DNA from: Candidatus Moanibacter sp.
Lineage (GTDB): Bacteria; Verrucomicrobiota; Verrucomicrobiia; Opitutales; UBA2987
Direction of reading: 5' to 3'
DNA length: 14,444 nt
Assembly: GCA_965215885.1 (NCBI GenBank)
Contig: CBDCEW010000050.1
Span: 1 to 14,444, forward strand
The notes beneath the pieces are model-generated. The model did not search any database, was not told the DNA's origin, and saw only the letters and a list, made by a program, of their open reading frames with translations. Positions 6,288-14,444 of the stretch are shown here, in pieces (the first letter of the stretch is position 1; the number at the start of each line of letters is the position of its first letter). The position numbers were made by a program, and so were the translations under genes.

Positions 6288-9035
6288 ATGAAACTCAGAT
6301 TACTCAGAACAACGATTGTCTTTCTGGTTCCCGTATTACAAATCAATTTTCTCGCTGCCCAGGAGCAACCAGCCGATTCCGAATTGAATGAGGAAGAGAA
6401 AGTAGAAACAGCACGGCCAACCGCCAATGTTATCGTGGAAGAATATTTCGAAGGCCGCTACCTCAAAGTTTTTGGCCCATTGGATGAATACCTGGGATCG
6501 CTTCCGGAAGGGTGGAGGGATCACTCTGGCCCAGGCGCCCAGGTTCGCTACGGACCCTCTTATGAAGAATCGGTGGAAGGAAAGAAGGCCTTGCGCATGG
6601 AAGTCTTCTCGCCGGGCCGTGAGAGCGCCATCCTCGAATTCAGCCCCGTGCCGATACGAAAGGGAACCGTCTTTCGAGTGGGACTCTCACTCCAAAGCCC
6701 GCAGCAAACAGAGCTTACGATTGGCCTTCGCTCGACCGATGATGAGAACAAGGTTTATCTGGAGCAGCCAATTACAAGCCAGGCGGAATGGAATTCAGGA
6801 CAGTTTGTTTTCCAAGCGACAGTAGACGATCCGAACGCGCTTTTCTTTCTCAAACTGTACCAACAGGGCATCGTCGAGATTGATGCCTTTTACATCGAAC
6901 CCTACCGCCCGAGGACCGGAACAGTCCAAGCCATAACCGTTCAGGATTCACCCAATCTCCTGCCGACAAGCTCTTTCCCGGATGGAGTGCACGCACCGTG
7001 GGCGCTCACAAACGCAAAATCCTACAAGACCGATCTCCTTGAATTCGGCCCCACGGGGCTGCCATCGCTGCGCGTGTCCGGAGCAGGCGCTTCTCTTTCA
7101 GTGCCGTTCTTCAGCGAAGGTTCAGGCGACTACACGATTAGTTTTTATTTGAAGAGCACAAAAGAGAATCAGTCCTTCAGCATCATCCTCTCTCCCCCTG
7201 GCGAGAATCAACAGGTGTATCCCTTTCACCAAACCATCACTGCAGATACGGAATGGCGGCGCTACTCCAGCACCGTTCCCCTCGAATCAACCGTAGAGGG
7301 TTTTTACCTCGCACATCTCATCTCCCACAGCGGAGATCCGGCATGGATCGACGGCATGCAGGTTGAAAAAGGAGCAGAGTTGCGAACCCTCGCACGTACC
7401 GCGCCCGTTGAGATCGTAGCTCAGCCCCATGTTCCGAATGGAGTGAGTTTCGAGGACGAGAATCTGGTCGTGAGAATTACCTTGTATGGAAATCTTGGTC
7501 GCGCCGCCCTCATGAAGGCGACTCTCTTTGATATACACGGTCGCAATTTCACATTGCGCCCGCTCAATGTGAAGGGCACAAAGCCAATTCGCCGAAATCT
7601 CGTTATCGAACCAATTGGGGAATCCCCCCTCGGATCCTACCGACTCGAGCTTCAAGCATTCGACGCCGACAACAAACCGATTTCAAGAGTGGCCGAGGTT
7701 CTCCTCCACCGTGTTCGCATTCCCGTTAACAGTGACCGGTTCGATCACGATTCCTATTTTGGGATCCATATGGGTAGACATACCGCCACGGCCGAGAAGG
7801 TAGGGTTGGCTCGGGCCCTTGGCTTCAAGTGGGTCAGAGACTTGAGGAACTACGCCTGGGTAACGGGGGAAAGCGAATCGGGAAATCTTGAATTTGGCGA
7901 CGCCGACCAGGTCACCGAGATTTACGATAAGTTTCAAATGGCCATTCTCGGGGTTCTGGGTCCGGCTCCGCGTTGGGCCACCCGGCAACCAGAGGGATTT
8001 CCGCTCGATCTTCCTCTCCTTCCTGAAAACCTCGACGCATGGGAGGCATACGCAAAGAACACTGCGGCGCGATTCATCGATAAAGTCCATGCCTGGGAAC
8101 CGTGGCCCTACCCTCATACCGACCACACACTTTCAGCCATCCTTGTGAAAGAAATTTCTACTGAGCCGGATGAGGGCGAAGAATCCTTAAAGAGCGAAAA
8201 TCCAATCGTTGAGCCACTATTCAGCCTGCCCGGAGACTACGTTGCTATGCAGAAGCGTGCTTATGAGGGCGCTCGGGAATCGGATGAGAGCGTTATTATC
8301 GTCGCAGATCTGAATCTCAACGGAGACCGCCGATTCGCCGACGGCGCTATTCAGGCCGGAGTGGAAGAGTATGCCGACAAATTCAGTTTTCGGGATGACT
8401 ATAGCGGCAGCAATTCGATCGAACGTCTCGAGCAGGATATCGAATGGCTGAAAGCCAATCTACCTAACCAATTACTCTATTGGCAGACCACGGCCAACGC
8501 GCACCCTCCCCAGATCTTCAACTTCTACCGGCACGTCCCTCCAATCTTTTTAGAGAGCGGCGCTTTCGACGATGCCGCCAGCATCGTGCACCACTATCTC
8601 GTCATGATCGCATCCGGGGTAGAGAGAATTTTTGTTTCCGGCTTTGCCTCGGATATCCTCAAAGACCTATGGCGGCCGGGGCCCCGCATTTTCAACGTGG
8701 ATGGTCGCCTCAATCCCAATGCAACTGCCCTATCCAACTTAATCTGGCACATCGAGGACAAGACCTTTTCAAGAGTCTACACCGTGGGAGAAGATTTCGA
8801 GTTTTTCACCTTCGAAGGAGAAACGGGAGCGGCGGGCGTTCTTATCAGCGAAAAGGGAAACGCCCTTCAAGCTGGGGAGCTTCCAGAGGGTATAGCCGTG
8901 CGCGACCTCTTCGGCAATCAGATCGACTTTCCTGGCGAGATCGGTAGATTTCCCACCTTTCTCAGCGCCGACAATTTCTCCGCATCACAGTTGAACTACC
9001 TCTTCAAGGCCGTTACTTTCGAAGTAATTCCTTGA
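6288..9035 (+). CDS. Secreted multidomain protein: two CBM4_9/galactose-binding-like domains, Ig-like domain, GH39/clan GH-A-like TIM barrel (probably catalytically inactive)
   Basis: Signal peptide-like N-terminus ([25 protein letters not shown]). CBM-like motifs: [32 protein letters not shown]-like motifs: [32 protein letters not shown]....ARF...V.AWE.W; C-terminal VRDLFGN. Confidence 0.75.
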   Translation: MKLRLLRTTIVFLVPVLQINFLAAQEQPADSELNEEEKVETARPTANVIVEEYFEGRYLKVFGPLDEYLGSLPEGWRDHSGPGAQVRYGPSYEESVEGKKALRMEVFSPGRESAILEFSPVPIRKGTVFRVGLSLQSPQQTELTIGLRSTDDENKVYLEQPITSQAEWNSGQFVFQATVDDPNALFFLKLYQQGIVEIDAFYIEPYRPRTGTVQAITVQDSPNLLPTSSFPDGVHAPWALTNAKSYKTDLLEFGPTGLPSLRVSGAGASLSVPFFSEGSGDYTISFYLKSTKENQSFSIILSPPGENQQVYPFHQTITADTEWRRYSSTVPLESTVEGFYLAHLISHSGDPAWIDGMQVEKGAELRTLARTAPVEIVAQPHVPNGVSFEDENLVVRITLYGNLGRAALMKATLFDIHGRNFTLRPLNVKGTKPIRRNLVIEPIGESPLGSYRLELQAFDADNKPISRVAEVLLHRVRIPVNSDRFDHDSYFGIHMGRHTATAEKVGLARALGFKWVRDLRNYAWVTGESESGNLEFGDADQVTEIYDKFQMAILGVLGPAPRWATRQPEGFPLDLPLLPENLDAWEAYAKNTAARFIDKVHAWEPWPYPHTDHTLSAILVKEISTEPDEGEESLKSENPIVEPLFSLPGDYVAMQKRAYEGARESDESVIIVADLNLNGDRRFADGAIQAGVEEYADKFSFRDDYSGSNSIERLEQDIEWLKANLPNQLLYWQTTANAHPPQIFNFYRHVPPIFLESGAFDDAASIVHHYLVMIASGVERIFVSGFASDILKDLWRPGPRIFNVDGRLNPNATALSNLIWHIEDKTFSRVYTVGEDFEFFTFEGETGAAGVLISEKGNALQAGELPEGIAVRDLFGNQIDFPGEIGRFPTFLSADNFSASQLNYLFKAVTFEVIP

Positions 9036-9768
9036 ACGACGCGACAGCGTAATCCCGATTCATCTTCGCGATAAAATCGAGCGGTATTTCCTTCGGGCAG
9101 ACCGCTGAACACTCGCCGTAATTCGTGCAGTTTCCAAACCCTGCTTCATCCATTGCCGCTACCATATTAAGGACGCGACGGTCCTTTTCCGCTCTTCCCT
9201 GCGGTAGCAGACTTAGATGAGAGACTTTCGCTGCCACAAAGAGCATTGCGGAACCGTTCTTACAGGCTGCGACGCAGGCACCGCAGCCGATACAGGCAGC
9301 TGCATCCATCGCTCGATCGGAGATTTCCTTTGGAATCAGAATGGCATTGCCGTCGGGAGCACTGCCTGTACGAGCCGTAATGTATCCGCCCGATTGAATT
9401 ATGGTATCAAACGCGCTACGATCAATAACAAGGTCTCTCACCACGGGAAAAGGCTCTGCCCGGAAGGGTTCGATAGTGATCGTCTCGCCGTCTCGAAAGT
9501 GTCGCATATGAAGCTGGCATACCGTCGTCGCTTTTTCAGAACCGTGAGGTACACCGTTTATGGTCAGTGAGCACGTTCCGCAAATTCCCTCTCTGCAGTC
9601 GTGATCGAAGGCCACCGGTTCCTCCTCCCGCGAGACGAGCTGCTCATTGAGAAGATCAAGCATTTCCAGGAAGGAAGAATCGGGCGATACGTCCTCCAAA
9701 TTGTAGTCGGCCAGCCTGCCTGAGCCCTCAGCGTTCCTCTGCCTCCAGATTCTTAGGAATAGCCTCAT
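9013..9768 (-). CDS. sdhB: Succinate dehydrogenase/fumarate reductase iron-sulfur subunit
   Basis: Cys motifs CREGICGTC...[12 protein letters not shown] and [12 protein letters not shown]. True start is most likely ATG 9768 ([10 protein letters not shown]) after gagg; the ORF-track extension to 9846 overlaps sdhA. Confidence 0.96.
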   Translation of the reverse strand: MRLFLRIWRQRNAEGSGRLADYNLEDVSPDSSFLEMLDLLNEQLVSREEEPVAFDHDCREGICGTCSLTINGVPHGSEKATTVCQLHMRHFRDGETITIEPFRAEPFPVVRDLVIDRSAFDTIIQSGGYITARTGSAPDGNAILIPKEISDRAMDAAACIGCGACVAACKNGSAMLFVAAKVSHLSLLPQGRAEKDRRVLNMVAAMDEAGFGNCTNYGECSAVCPKEIPLDFIAKMNRDYAVASFKELLRK

Positions 9769-9790
9769 CTTCGAATTAACCTCAACCCCG

Positions 9791-11710
9791 TTACTTGTAG
9801 CTTCGCACCGACAGATAGACGTTTTCGAACTCCAATTCCTCCACATGCTTTACCGGAGGAATATTCTGACCTTGATACTCCCACACGGAAGCGTTAGTGA
9901 AATGCTCATCATCTCGCAACGCCTCTCCATCATCCGTCTGGTGGTCTTCGCGAAAATGCCCGCCACAGGACTCATCCCGATCCAACGCGTCATAGCATTG
10001 AAGTTCACCGAACTCCAAAAAATCGGCTACTCTGCCGGCACGTTCGAGTTCGATGTTGAGCGCAGCCCCTTCCCCCGTAATCTGGACGTCTTCCCAAAAC
10101 TCCTTCCGCAGGTCCGGTATCAACTTAAGCGCGTTTCCCAAGCCTTCCTTACGGCGTTCCATACCGCAATACTCCCACATGATCTTACCGAGCTCGATAT
10201 GGAACGACCTCGCGGAACGCTTTCCCTTCACCGCGAGAAGCCGTTTAACACGCTCGTCTACCTCGGCTTCCACTGCCCTGAATTCAGCCGTAGTAGAATC
10301 GGGACGATTCGCTCCCACTTGAGCGAGATAATCCGCTATCGTGTGTGAAATGACAAAATAGCCATCGCATAATCCCTGCATGAGTGCGCTGGCGCCCAGT
10401 CGATTGGCGCCGTGGTCGGAGAAATTCGCCTCACCCAAAACAAAACACCCCGGAATCGTGCTCATAAGATTGTAGTCAACCCAAAGACCGCCCATCGTAT
10501 AATGGGCCGCCGGATATATCCTCATGGGTCGCTCATAGGCTTTCTCTCCGGTAATGCGTTCGTACATCTCAAAGAGATTGCCGTAACGCTCCTCGATTGT
10601 GCTTTTCCCGAGGCGGCTGATAGCATCAGCAAAATCGAGATAAACTCCTCTTCCCCCCGCTCCTACCCCGCGCCCATCATCGCACACTTCCTTGGCCGAG
10701 CGGGAGGAGATGTCACGTGGCGCCAGATTGCCGAAACTCGGATACTTGCGCTCCAGGTAATAGTCGCGCTCCTCATCCGAAATTTCGCGCGGATCTCTCG
10801 CGCAAGCTTCACTCTCTTTCGGCACCCATACACGGCCATCGTTTCTCAACGACTCCGACATGAGTGTCAGTTTGCTTTGATGGTCGCCGGCCTGAGGTAT
10901 GCATGTAGGATGAATCTGGGTGTAGCAGGGGTTTGCGAAACCCGCTCCCCGTTTGTAGGCTCGATATGCCGCTGTCACATTGCACCATGTCGCGTTGGTT
11001 GATAGGTAGAAAACATTACTGTATCCCCCCGTTGCCAGGAGTACCGCGTCGCCGCTCCACGACTTGATTTCACCGGAAACCAGGTTTCTTGTTACGATAC
11101 CCTTGGCATGCCCGTCTACCAGCACGAGATCGAGCATCTCATGGCGGTTGTACATCTGAACTTGTCCTAGACCAATCTGCCGGGAAAGAGCACTATAGGC
11201 CCCCAGAAGCAGTTGCTGTCCAGTCTGCCCCCGGGCGTAAAAGGTTCTACTGACCTGGGCGCCTCCAAAGGATCGATTTGCCAGCAGTCCCCCATACTCG
11301 CGCGCGAATGGAACACCTTGGGCGACGCACTGATCGATGATATTTGAGCTGAGCTGTGCCAACCGATAGACATTGGCCTCTCGCGACCGAAAATCACCTC
11401 CCTTTATGGTATCGTAAAATAGACGGAAGGTGCTGTCCCCATCGTTCTGGTAATTCTTGGCTGCATTGATTCCTCCCTGCGCCGCTATACTATGGGCACG
11501 CCTTGGGCTGTCCTGATAGCAGAAACACTTTACGTTGTAACCGAGCTCACCGAGGGTAGCGGCGGCGGATGCTCCAGCCAGTCCCGAGCCCACCACGATG
11601 AGGTGGTATTTCCTTCGGTTGGCGGGGTTAACCAGCTTAATATTGAACTTGTGATTGTCCCATTTGTCGGTCAGAGGACCGTCGGGAATTCTGGAATCCA
11701 GTTCCATCAT
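9791..11710 (-). CDS. sdhA: Succinate dehydrogenase/fumarate reductase flavoprotein subunit
   Basis: [11 protein letters not shown] fold, covalent-FAD motif [41 protein letters not shown] and ESCGGHFR. Start ATG 11710 or 11707. Confidence 0.98.
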   Translation of the reverse strand: MMELDSRIPDGPLTDKWDNHKFNIKLVNPANRRKYHLIVVGSGLAGASAAATLGELGYNVKCFCYQDSPRRAHSIAAQGGINAAKNYQNDGDSTFRLFYDTIKGGDFRSREANVYRLAQLSSNIIDQCVAQGVPFAREYGGLLANRSFGGAQVSRTFYARGQTGQQLLLGAYSALSRQIGLGQVQMYNRHEMLDLVLVDGHAKGIVTRNLVSGEIKSWSGDAVLLATGGYSNVFYLSTNATWCNVTAAYRAYKRGAGFANPCYTQIHPTCIPQAGDHQSKLTLMSESLRNDGRVWVPKESEACARDPREISDEERDYYLERKYPSFGNLAPRDISSRSAKEVCDDGRGVGAGGRGVYLDFADAISRLGKSTIEERYGNLFEMYERITGEKAYERPMRIYPAAHYTMGGLWVDYNLMSTIPGCFVLGEANFSDHGANRLGASALMQGLCDGYFVISHTIADYLAQVGANRPDSTTAEFRAVEAEVDERVKRLLAVKGKRSARSFHIELGKIMWEYCGMERRKEGLGNALKLIPDLRKEFWEDVQITGEGAALNIELERAGRVADFLEFGELQCYDALDRDESCGGHFREDHQTDDGEALRDDEHFTNASVWEYQGQNIPPVKHVEELEFENVYLSVRSYK

Positions 11711-11809
11711 TTTCTCGTTTTATTGTCTCTCCAGGCGTCTTTCGGCAAAGTCGGTTTCGTGTTTAGCGTGATCCCGGCGTGGCGGGTTGCCATAGTTCGA
11801 TACTTTCAC

Positions 11810-12505
11810 CTAGGTTAGAGGCCGAATAATTCCGGCTAGAACGGAGACGGGAATAGAGGTAAATCCGAGAAAAACTACCCACCCATAGGTGATCGCTACG
11901 CGGTCAAGGATGTAGCGCCATCGCTCATTGCGAATGCCAAGCGACTGAAACATGCTGGAAACGCCATGAGAGAGGTGTGTGCACAACAGTCCCATCGCGA
12001 TCGTGTAAAATATTGACAACCACCAGTGCTTGAAACCGATAATCATCATTGAATAGACATCAAGTACGATCACTCCTCCAAGGTCGTAGTGAAGGTCGCT
12101 ATAATCGAATAGCACGCGAACCGTAAAATGGAGGAGATGGATAACGATGAAAATGAACAAGATGGAACCCGATAACAGCATAGTTCGCGATGCCAGGGAG
12201 GCCTGGACGGTAGCATCAAATGCGTAATTCTCGGGACGTGCTCGCCGATTCTCGATTTTCAGAATGACGGCCATCCAAACATGAATTATGAGACATAACA
12301 GAAGGAACACTCTGCCACCCCATTTTATCGCTAAGGGCATCGTCTGAAGTGCGTGGGCGTAGGAGTTGAGAATCTCCGGCCCAAGGAAAATCTGCACGTT
12401 TCCCAGCATGTGCAGCAAGACGAATCCGGCCAGCACGAAACCCGATAGTGCCATCAGATACTTCTTGCCGATAGAAGAGCGCAACAAATTGCCCAGAGGG
12501 TTCAC
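11810..12505 (-). CDS. sdhC: Succinate dehydrogenase cytochrome b subunit (single 5-TM, type B anchor)
   Basis: SSIGKKYLMALSG, HMLGN, conserved His in IIHVW, IHLLHF and HLSHG..SMFQSLG; first gene of sdhCAB; GTG start. Confidence 0.95.
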   Translation of the reverse strand: MNPLGNLLRSSIGKKYLMALSGFVLAGFVLLHMLGNVQIFLGPEILNSYAHALQTMPLAIKWGGRVFLLLCLIIHVWMAVILKIENRRARPENYAFDATVQASLASRTMLLSGSILFIFIVIHLLHFTVRVLFDYSDLHYDLGGVIVLDVYSMMIIGFKHWWLSIFYTIAMGLLCTHLSHGVSSMFQSLGIRNERWRYILDRVAITYGWVVFLGFTSIPVSVLAGIIRPLT

Positions 12506-12529
12506 TGATATCGAATGTTTACTCGACTG

Positions 12530-12600
12530 CTAAAAACCTGTCGGACTCCGTCGTCGGGTTGCTGTGCAGGTGCGAAATTCCAAGTCCGACAGATTCCTAC
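12530..12600. mobile_element. 71-bp copy of the CTGTCGGAC inverted-repeat family upstream of sdhC
   Basis: ctaaaaacctgtcggact (12530-12547) / agtccgacagattcctac (12583-12600). The right arm is nearly identical to the reverse complement of 4700-4717. Confidence 0.8.
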
Positions 12601-12629
12601 GGGCGAGTAAACCCCATTGTTTCAATAAA

Positions 12630-12686
12630 GGAACGAGGCGGGAAGACCCCGGGCCTATGGCCCACCAGTCTTTCCCGCCCCGTTTC
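12630..12686. other. Long GC-rich stem-loop, possible terminator for the upstream minus-strand gene
   Basis: ggaacgaggcgggaagac / gtctttcccgccccgtttc enclosing gggcc-tat-ggccc. On the minus strand it is followed by TTTATT. Confidence 0.5.
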
Positions 12687-12854
12687 TGCCTTGGACATGG
12701 GGGAGGGATTCTTTTCCCATTTAAACGCAACCTGCTCCACTCTCTGCGAGAGGCTGCATATGGAAAATTCCCAAAATAAAACGGCTCTCGAAATTTAGAG
12801 CGGTGTTGCGAGAATTTATTCCAAATACCTTACCGGAAAATGCTATTCACAGCA

Positions 12855-12882
12855 TGGCAGCCTGTCGGACCCAAATTCGCAC
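12855..12882 (+). repeat. Solo left arm of the repeat family
   Basis: tggcagcctgtcggac (12855-12870) followed by ccaaattcgcac, similar to ttggaatttcgcac inside the 12530-12600 copy on the opposite strand. Confidence 0.65.
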
Positions 12883-12894
12883 AAACGCCTGACT

Positions 12895-13827
12895 TCAGCT
12901 GCCCTTCTTCTTTATCAGCTTGCCGAAATGGTAGGTGAACTGCGCTCGGACATGAACCAGGGAATCGTTCTCGGGTTCGCTATTCCCCGGCCGCATGACG
13001 TCCAGGGGCGCATATAAAACCTGAAATCCAAACCCCAGTTTTTCGTTAATGGGAAACGAAAAACCCCCGCTGTAGGCTACCGTATTACCGGAGGTCGTTT
13101 GTTCTATTCGATCCGGTTCGCCAAAAAGCGTCGAATCCAATTTCGTTTTCAAATTCATATGGGTCCAGTTTACTGCGAAATAGGGTCTCAACCTCCCAAG
13201 CTTTTCAAACTCGTAAGCCACACTGAGTTCCGCCCCATAATAATCCATCGAGGTCTTGTCGTTTGACACTTTCGAACAGCCAAACGGGTTTCCTTCGAAG
13301 TCATTGCCTGCCATGACATTCTCGGCTGAGCAGGTAAACGGACCCTTTCCGGAACCGGCCTGCCCATAGGCCCTCAGACCAAGTTGCCACGAGTCTTTCT
13401 GCAACAGCGCCACGTTTAATGAGCCCGACAATAGATGCGCCTTTACGTCCCAGAGTTCAATCGGCGGCAAATAACTGCATGTAAGGGAGATCTTGTCTCT
13501 TAAATAGTAGCTTATCCGAGGCCGCAGGAGGACCGGGGCGTTGTTCAGGTGTTCGACTTTTGTCCCACGAAATCCAACGCGTCTGTACTCCTCGCCGAGG
13601 AACGGAATCTGCAAGATCTCGAGCCCCAGATCGACCCAACCCGATTCGCGAGGTAGCAGTGGACCATATCCGCTAAGCAGGGAAGCGGAGCCAAAATACT
13701 TCATCGCCCATGCTTCGGTCCGGTTAAAGTCCAGCTCCTCGAATTCAAGCCTTTGCGAGAACAGGACGCACGGAGTGAAGAACAGTAGGAATACGATTGG
13801 GTCGAGCTTAACAGGGAAGTCTTTCAT
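12895..13827 (-). CDS. Hypothetical exported protein, probable outer-membrane beta-barrel
   Basis: Signal-peptide-like N-terminus from ATG 13827 (ORF track starts at GTG 13845). Many alternating amphipathic strands (YYGAELSVAYEF, LRPYFAVNWT, LGFGFQVLYAP, VRAQFTYHF) and one Cys pair in a loop. Confidence 0.6.
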   Translation of the reverse strand: MKDFPVKLDPIVFLLFFTPCVLFSQRLEFEELDFNRTEAWAMKYFGSASLLSGYGPLLPRESGWVDLGLEILQIPFLGEEYRRVGFRGTKVEHLNNAPVLLRPRISYYLRDKISLTCSYLPPIELWDVKAHLLSGSLNVALLQKDSWQLGLRAYGQAGSGKGPFTCSAENVMAGNDFEGNPFGCSKVSNDKTSMDYYGAELSVAYEFEKLGRLRPYFAVNWTHMNLKTKLDSTLFGEPDRIEQTTSGNTVAYSGGFSFPINEKLGFGFQVLYAPLDVMRPGNSEPENDSLVHVRAQFTYHFGKLIKKKGS

Positions 13828-13971
13828 AATTCTGAAGTTACCCACCCCGGGGTCAGGTTTCCGGTAACGGGTTTACTGGAATCGAGGATAATTCGGGCTG
13901 AAGATCATAGGGAGTTACCGCATTATACGTTACTCTTCGGCCAAAAATTAGCAAGCACTGATTTGCACTTC

Positions 13972-14205
13972 TCACAGGATCGCCTCTGCTACTCGCCTCG
14001 TTCCATGCGTTTTACCCATGGTATAGAAGTGCAGGCACGGCACACCTGCTGCAGCTAATTCTTCACCCTGCTGGATCGCCCATTCGATTCCCGCTTCGCG
14101 CACTCGTTTAGCGTCGCGGCATTTTTCCACCTCCTGGGATAGAGTTTCCGGTATTCGTGCGTGAAATATACTCGGAATCAGCTTCAGGTGTCGCATTGAA
14201 GCGAG
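13972..14205 (-). pseudogene. metF: C-terminal remnant of 5,10-methylenetetrahydrofolate reductase
   Basis: LASMRHLKLIPSIFHARIPE.L..EVEKC.....VRE.GIEWAIQQ..EL.AAGVP.LHFYTMGK matches the MetF C-terminus. An in-frame TAA at 14254-14256 and the symporter gene leave no room for the N-terminal three quarters of the enzyme. Confidence 0.8.
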
Positions 14206-14253
14206 AATAGTGTCTTCTCCGTCTTCCCAAGTTTCTCGGCAACTCTCACAGCG

Positions 14254-14442
14254 TTATCCCTCCGTATTCGGGTTTCCAGTACCTTTCCCGATAGTGGAAA
14301 ATAGGAGAAATGCAAAAAGGCTGCACGCGAGGCCCGGCACTATCGGATCGAGATCGAAAATCGAGACATAACCTTGCTCTACCAGTATAACTGCGCCGCT
14401 TCCAAAGAGAAGAGAAGCGATCGCACCTGCCGCACCCGCCTT
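14254..14442 (-). CDS. 3' end (partial) of a sodium:solute symporter-like membrane protein
   Basis: Not in the ORF track. The minus-strand frame reads KAGAAGAIASLLFGSGAVILVEQGYVSIFDLDPIVPGLACSLFAFLLFSTIGKGTGNPNTEG*, resembling the last two TM helices of SSS transporters (GA.AS...G; P.VPG...S......S). Confidence 0.7.
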   Translation of the reverse strand, partial: KAGAAGAIASLLFGSGAVILVEQGYVSIFDLDPIVPGLACSLFAFLLFSTIGKGTGNPNTEG

Positions 14443-14444
14443 TT

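Noticed and set aside
9769..9846. N-terminal extension of SdhB in the ORF track
   Set aside because: Overlaps the sdhA 3' end and is not SdhB-like; ATG 9768 with a gagg RBS fits better.
11720..11812. Possible amber read-through: the frame after the sdhC TAG stays open for 29 codons, and many genes here end in TAG
   Set aside because: All TAG-terminated proteins are full length for their families and no internal TAG interrupts a conserved gene, so there is no evidence of recoding.
175..13867. Numerous short alternative-frame or antisense ORFs in the track (e.g. 175-366, 226-441, 1021-1272, 1971-2516, 4161-4703, 4700-4933, 4820-5005, 8480-8947, 10412-11002, 12530-12798)
   Set aside because: They overlap well-supported genes or repeat clusters, and have no recognisable motifs or RBS; treated as shadow ORFs.
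13922..13927. TATAAT on the minus strand upstream of the beta-barrel gene
   Set aside because: No -35 at 16-18 nt spacing and no TG extension; insufficient to call a promoter.

Overview
Bacterial chromosomal window; the gene set (DUF5069-like protein, tandem exbD, Bacillus/Bacteroidetes-type sdhCAB) suggests, but does not prove, a PVC/Verrucomicrobia-like host. Gene order: 3' end of a YyaL/SSP411-like thioredoxin-domain gene (+), DUF5069-like gene with terminator (+), SRPBCC-like/Zn-ribbon/class III adenylate cyclase (+), argH (-), two exbD genes with no exbB/tonB (-), a 915-aa secreted CBM-CBM-Ig-GH-A-type protein (+), sdhCAB (-), a probable outer-membrane beta-barrel (-), a metF C-terminal remnant (-) and the 3' end of a sodium:solute symporter (-). 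The most notable non-coding signal is a dispersed family of CTAG-anchored inverted repeats (arm consensus about CTAG-[GAAT/CAGC]-CTGTCGGACTT) in most intergenic gaps. Two gap-free 100-bp copies (78/100 identical by manual alignment) sit in inverted orientation around the orphan exbD pair, stacked with other MITE-like units, and no transposase is present. The 915-aa glycosidase-like protein appears to lack both clan GH-A catalytic glutamates. All family calls are from motif recognition, not database searches.
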